From assembly GCF_041956535.1 (NCBI RefSeq), contig NW_027192227.1, positions 63,968 through 127,967 on the forward strand: a stretch of DNA of 64,000 bases. Reading direction: 5' to 3'. The stretch is from Calcarisporiella thermophila CBS 279.70 (Eukaryota; Fungi; Calcarisporiellomycota). The notes beneath the pieces are model-generated. The model saw only the letters and a program-made list of their open reading frames with translations. It was not told the DNA's origin and did not search any database. The position numbers were made by a program, and so were the translations under genes. Shown in pieces: positions 63,916 through 64,000 of this stretch. The stretch's first letter is position 1; each line of letters opens with the position of its first letter.

Positions 63916-64000
63916 ATGTATACTCGCCAATTGTTAACTGCGCCAATGGATACCGTGTGCATCACTTCTGCGAACGATTCTGTAGATGGAACAGAAAGCC
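63916..64000 (+). CDS. Start of Zn-cluster-less MHR protein, copy 10 (runs off the window end)
   Basis: GCC ATG TAT ACT CGC CAA TTG (MYTRQLLTAPMDTVCITSANDSVD) after the conserved leader. Confidence 0.85.
   Translation, partial: MYTRQLLTAPMDTVCITSANDSVDGTES

Noticed and set aside
1-64000. CRISPR arrays, rRNA/tRNA genes or prokaryotic operon structure
   Set aside because: None seen; the genes have spliceosomal introns and the repeats are gene-scale duplications.

Overview
This window is eukaryotic, AT-rich DNA with short GT-AG introns. It is most likely fungal, and the mix of DIRS elements, chromoviruses and an NRPS relic suggests an early-diverging fungus (inference). It is one head-to-tail tandem array on the + strand, built from a repeated two-gene unit. 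The first gene is an 11-exon full-size ABCB/MDR (P-glycoprotein-like) exporter: 2 copies look intact, 1 is frameshifted, 2 are 5'-truncated and 2 are small relics. The second is a 4-exon, ~520-aa gene with the fungal transcription-factor middle homology region (Fungal_trans/MHR) but no Zn2Cys6 DNA-binding domain. It has 10 copies, all open-framed where sequence is visible, with hypervariable positions. Mobile DNA lies between the genes: three DIRS retroelements or relics, a Tc1 (DD34E) element, Ty3/gypsy chromovirus relics co-duplicated with the unit, a solo LTR, a PIF/Harbinger transposase and a possible MITE. A degraded, intron-containing NRPS adenylation-domain relic, recognisable only across frames, lies divergent to the last ABCB gene. 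The main hypothesis is an expanded, diversifying locus of DNA-binding-less small-molecule sensors plus efflux pumps, possibly derived from an NRPS gene cluster. There are two assembly gaps (6998-7507, 53610-53945).
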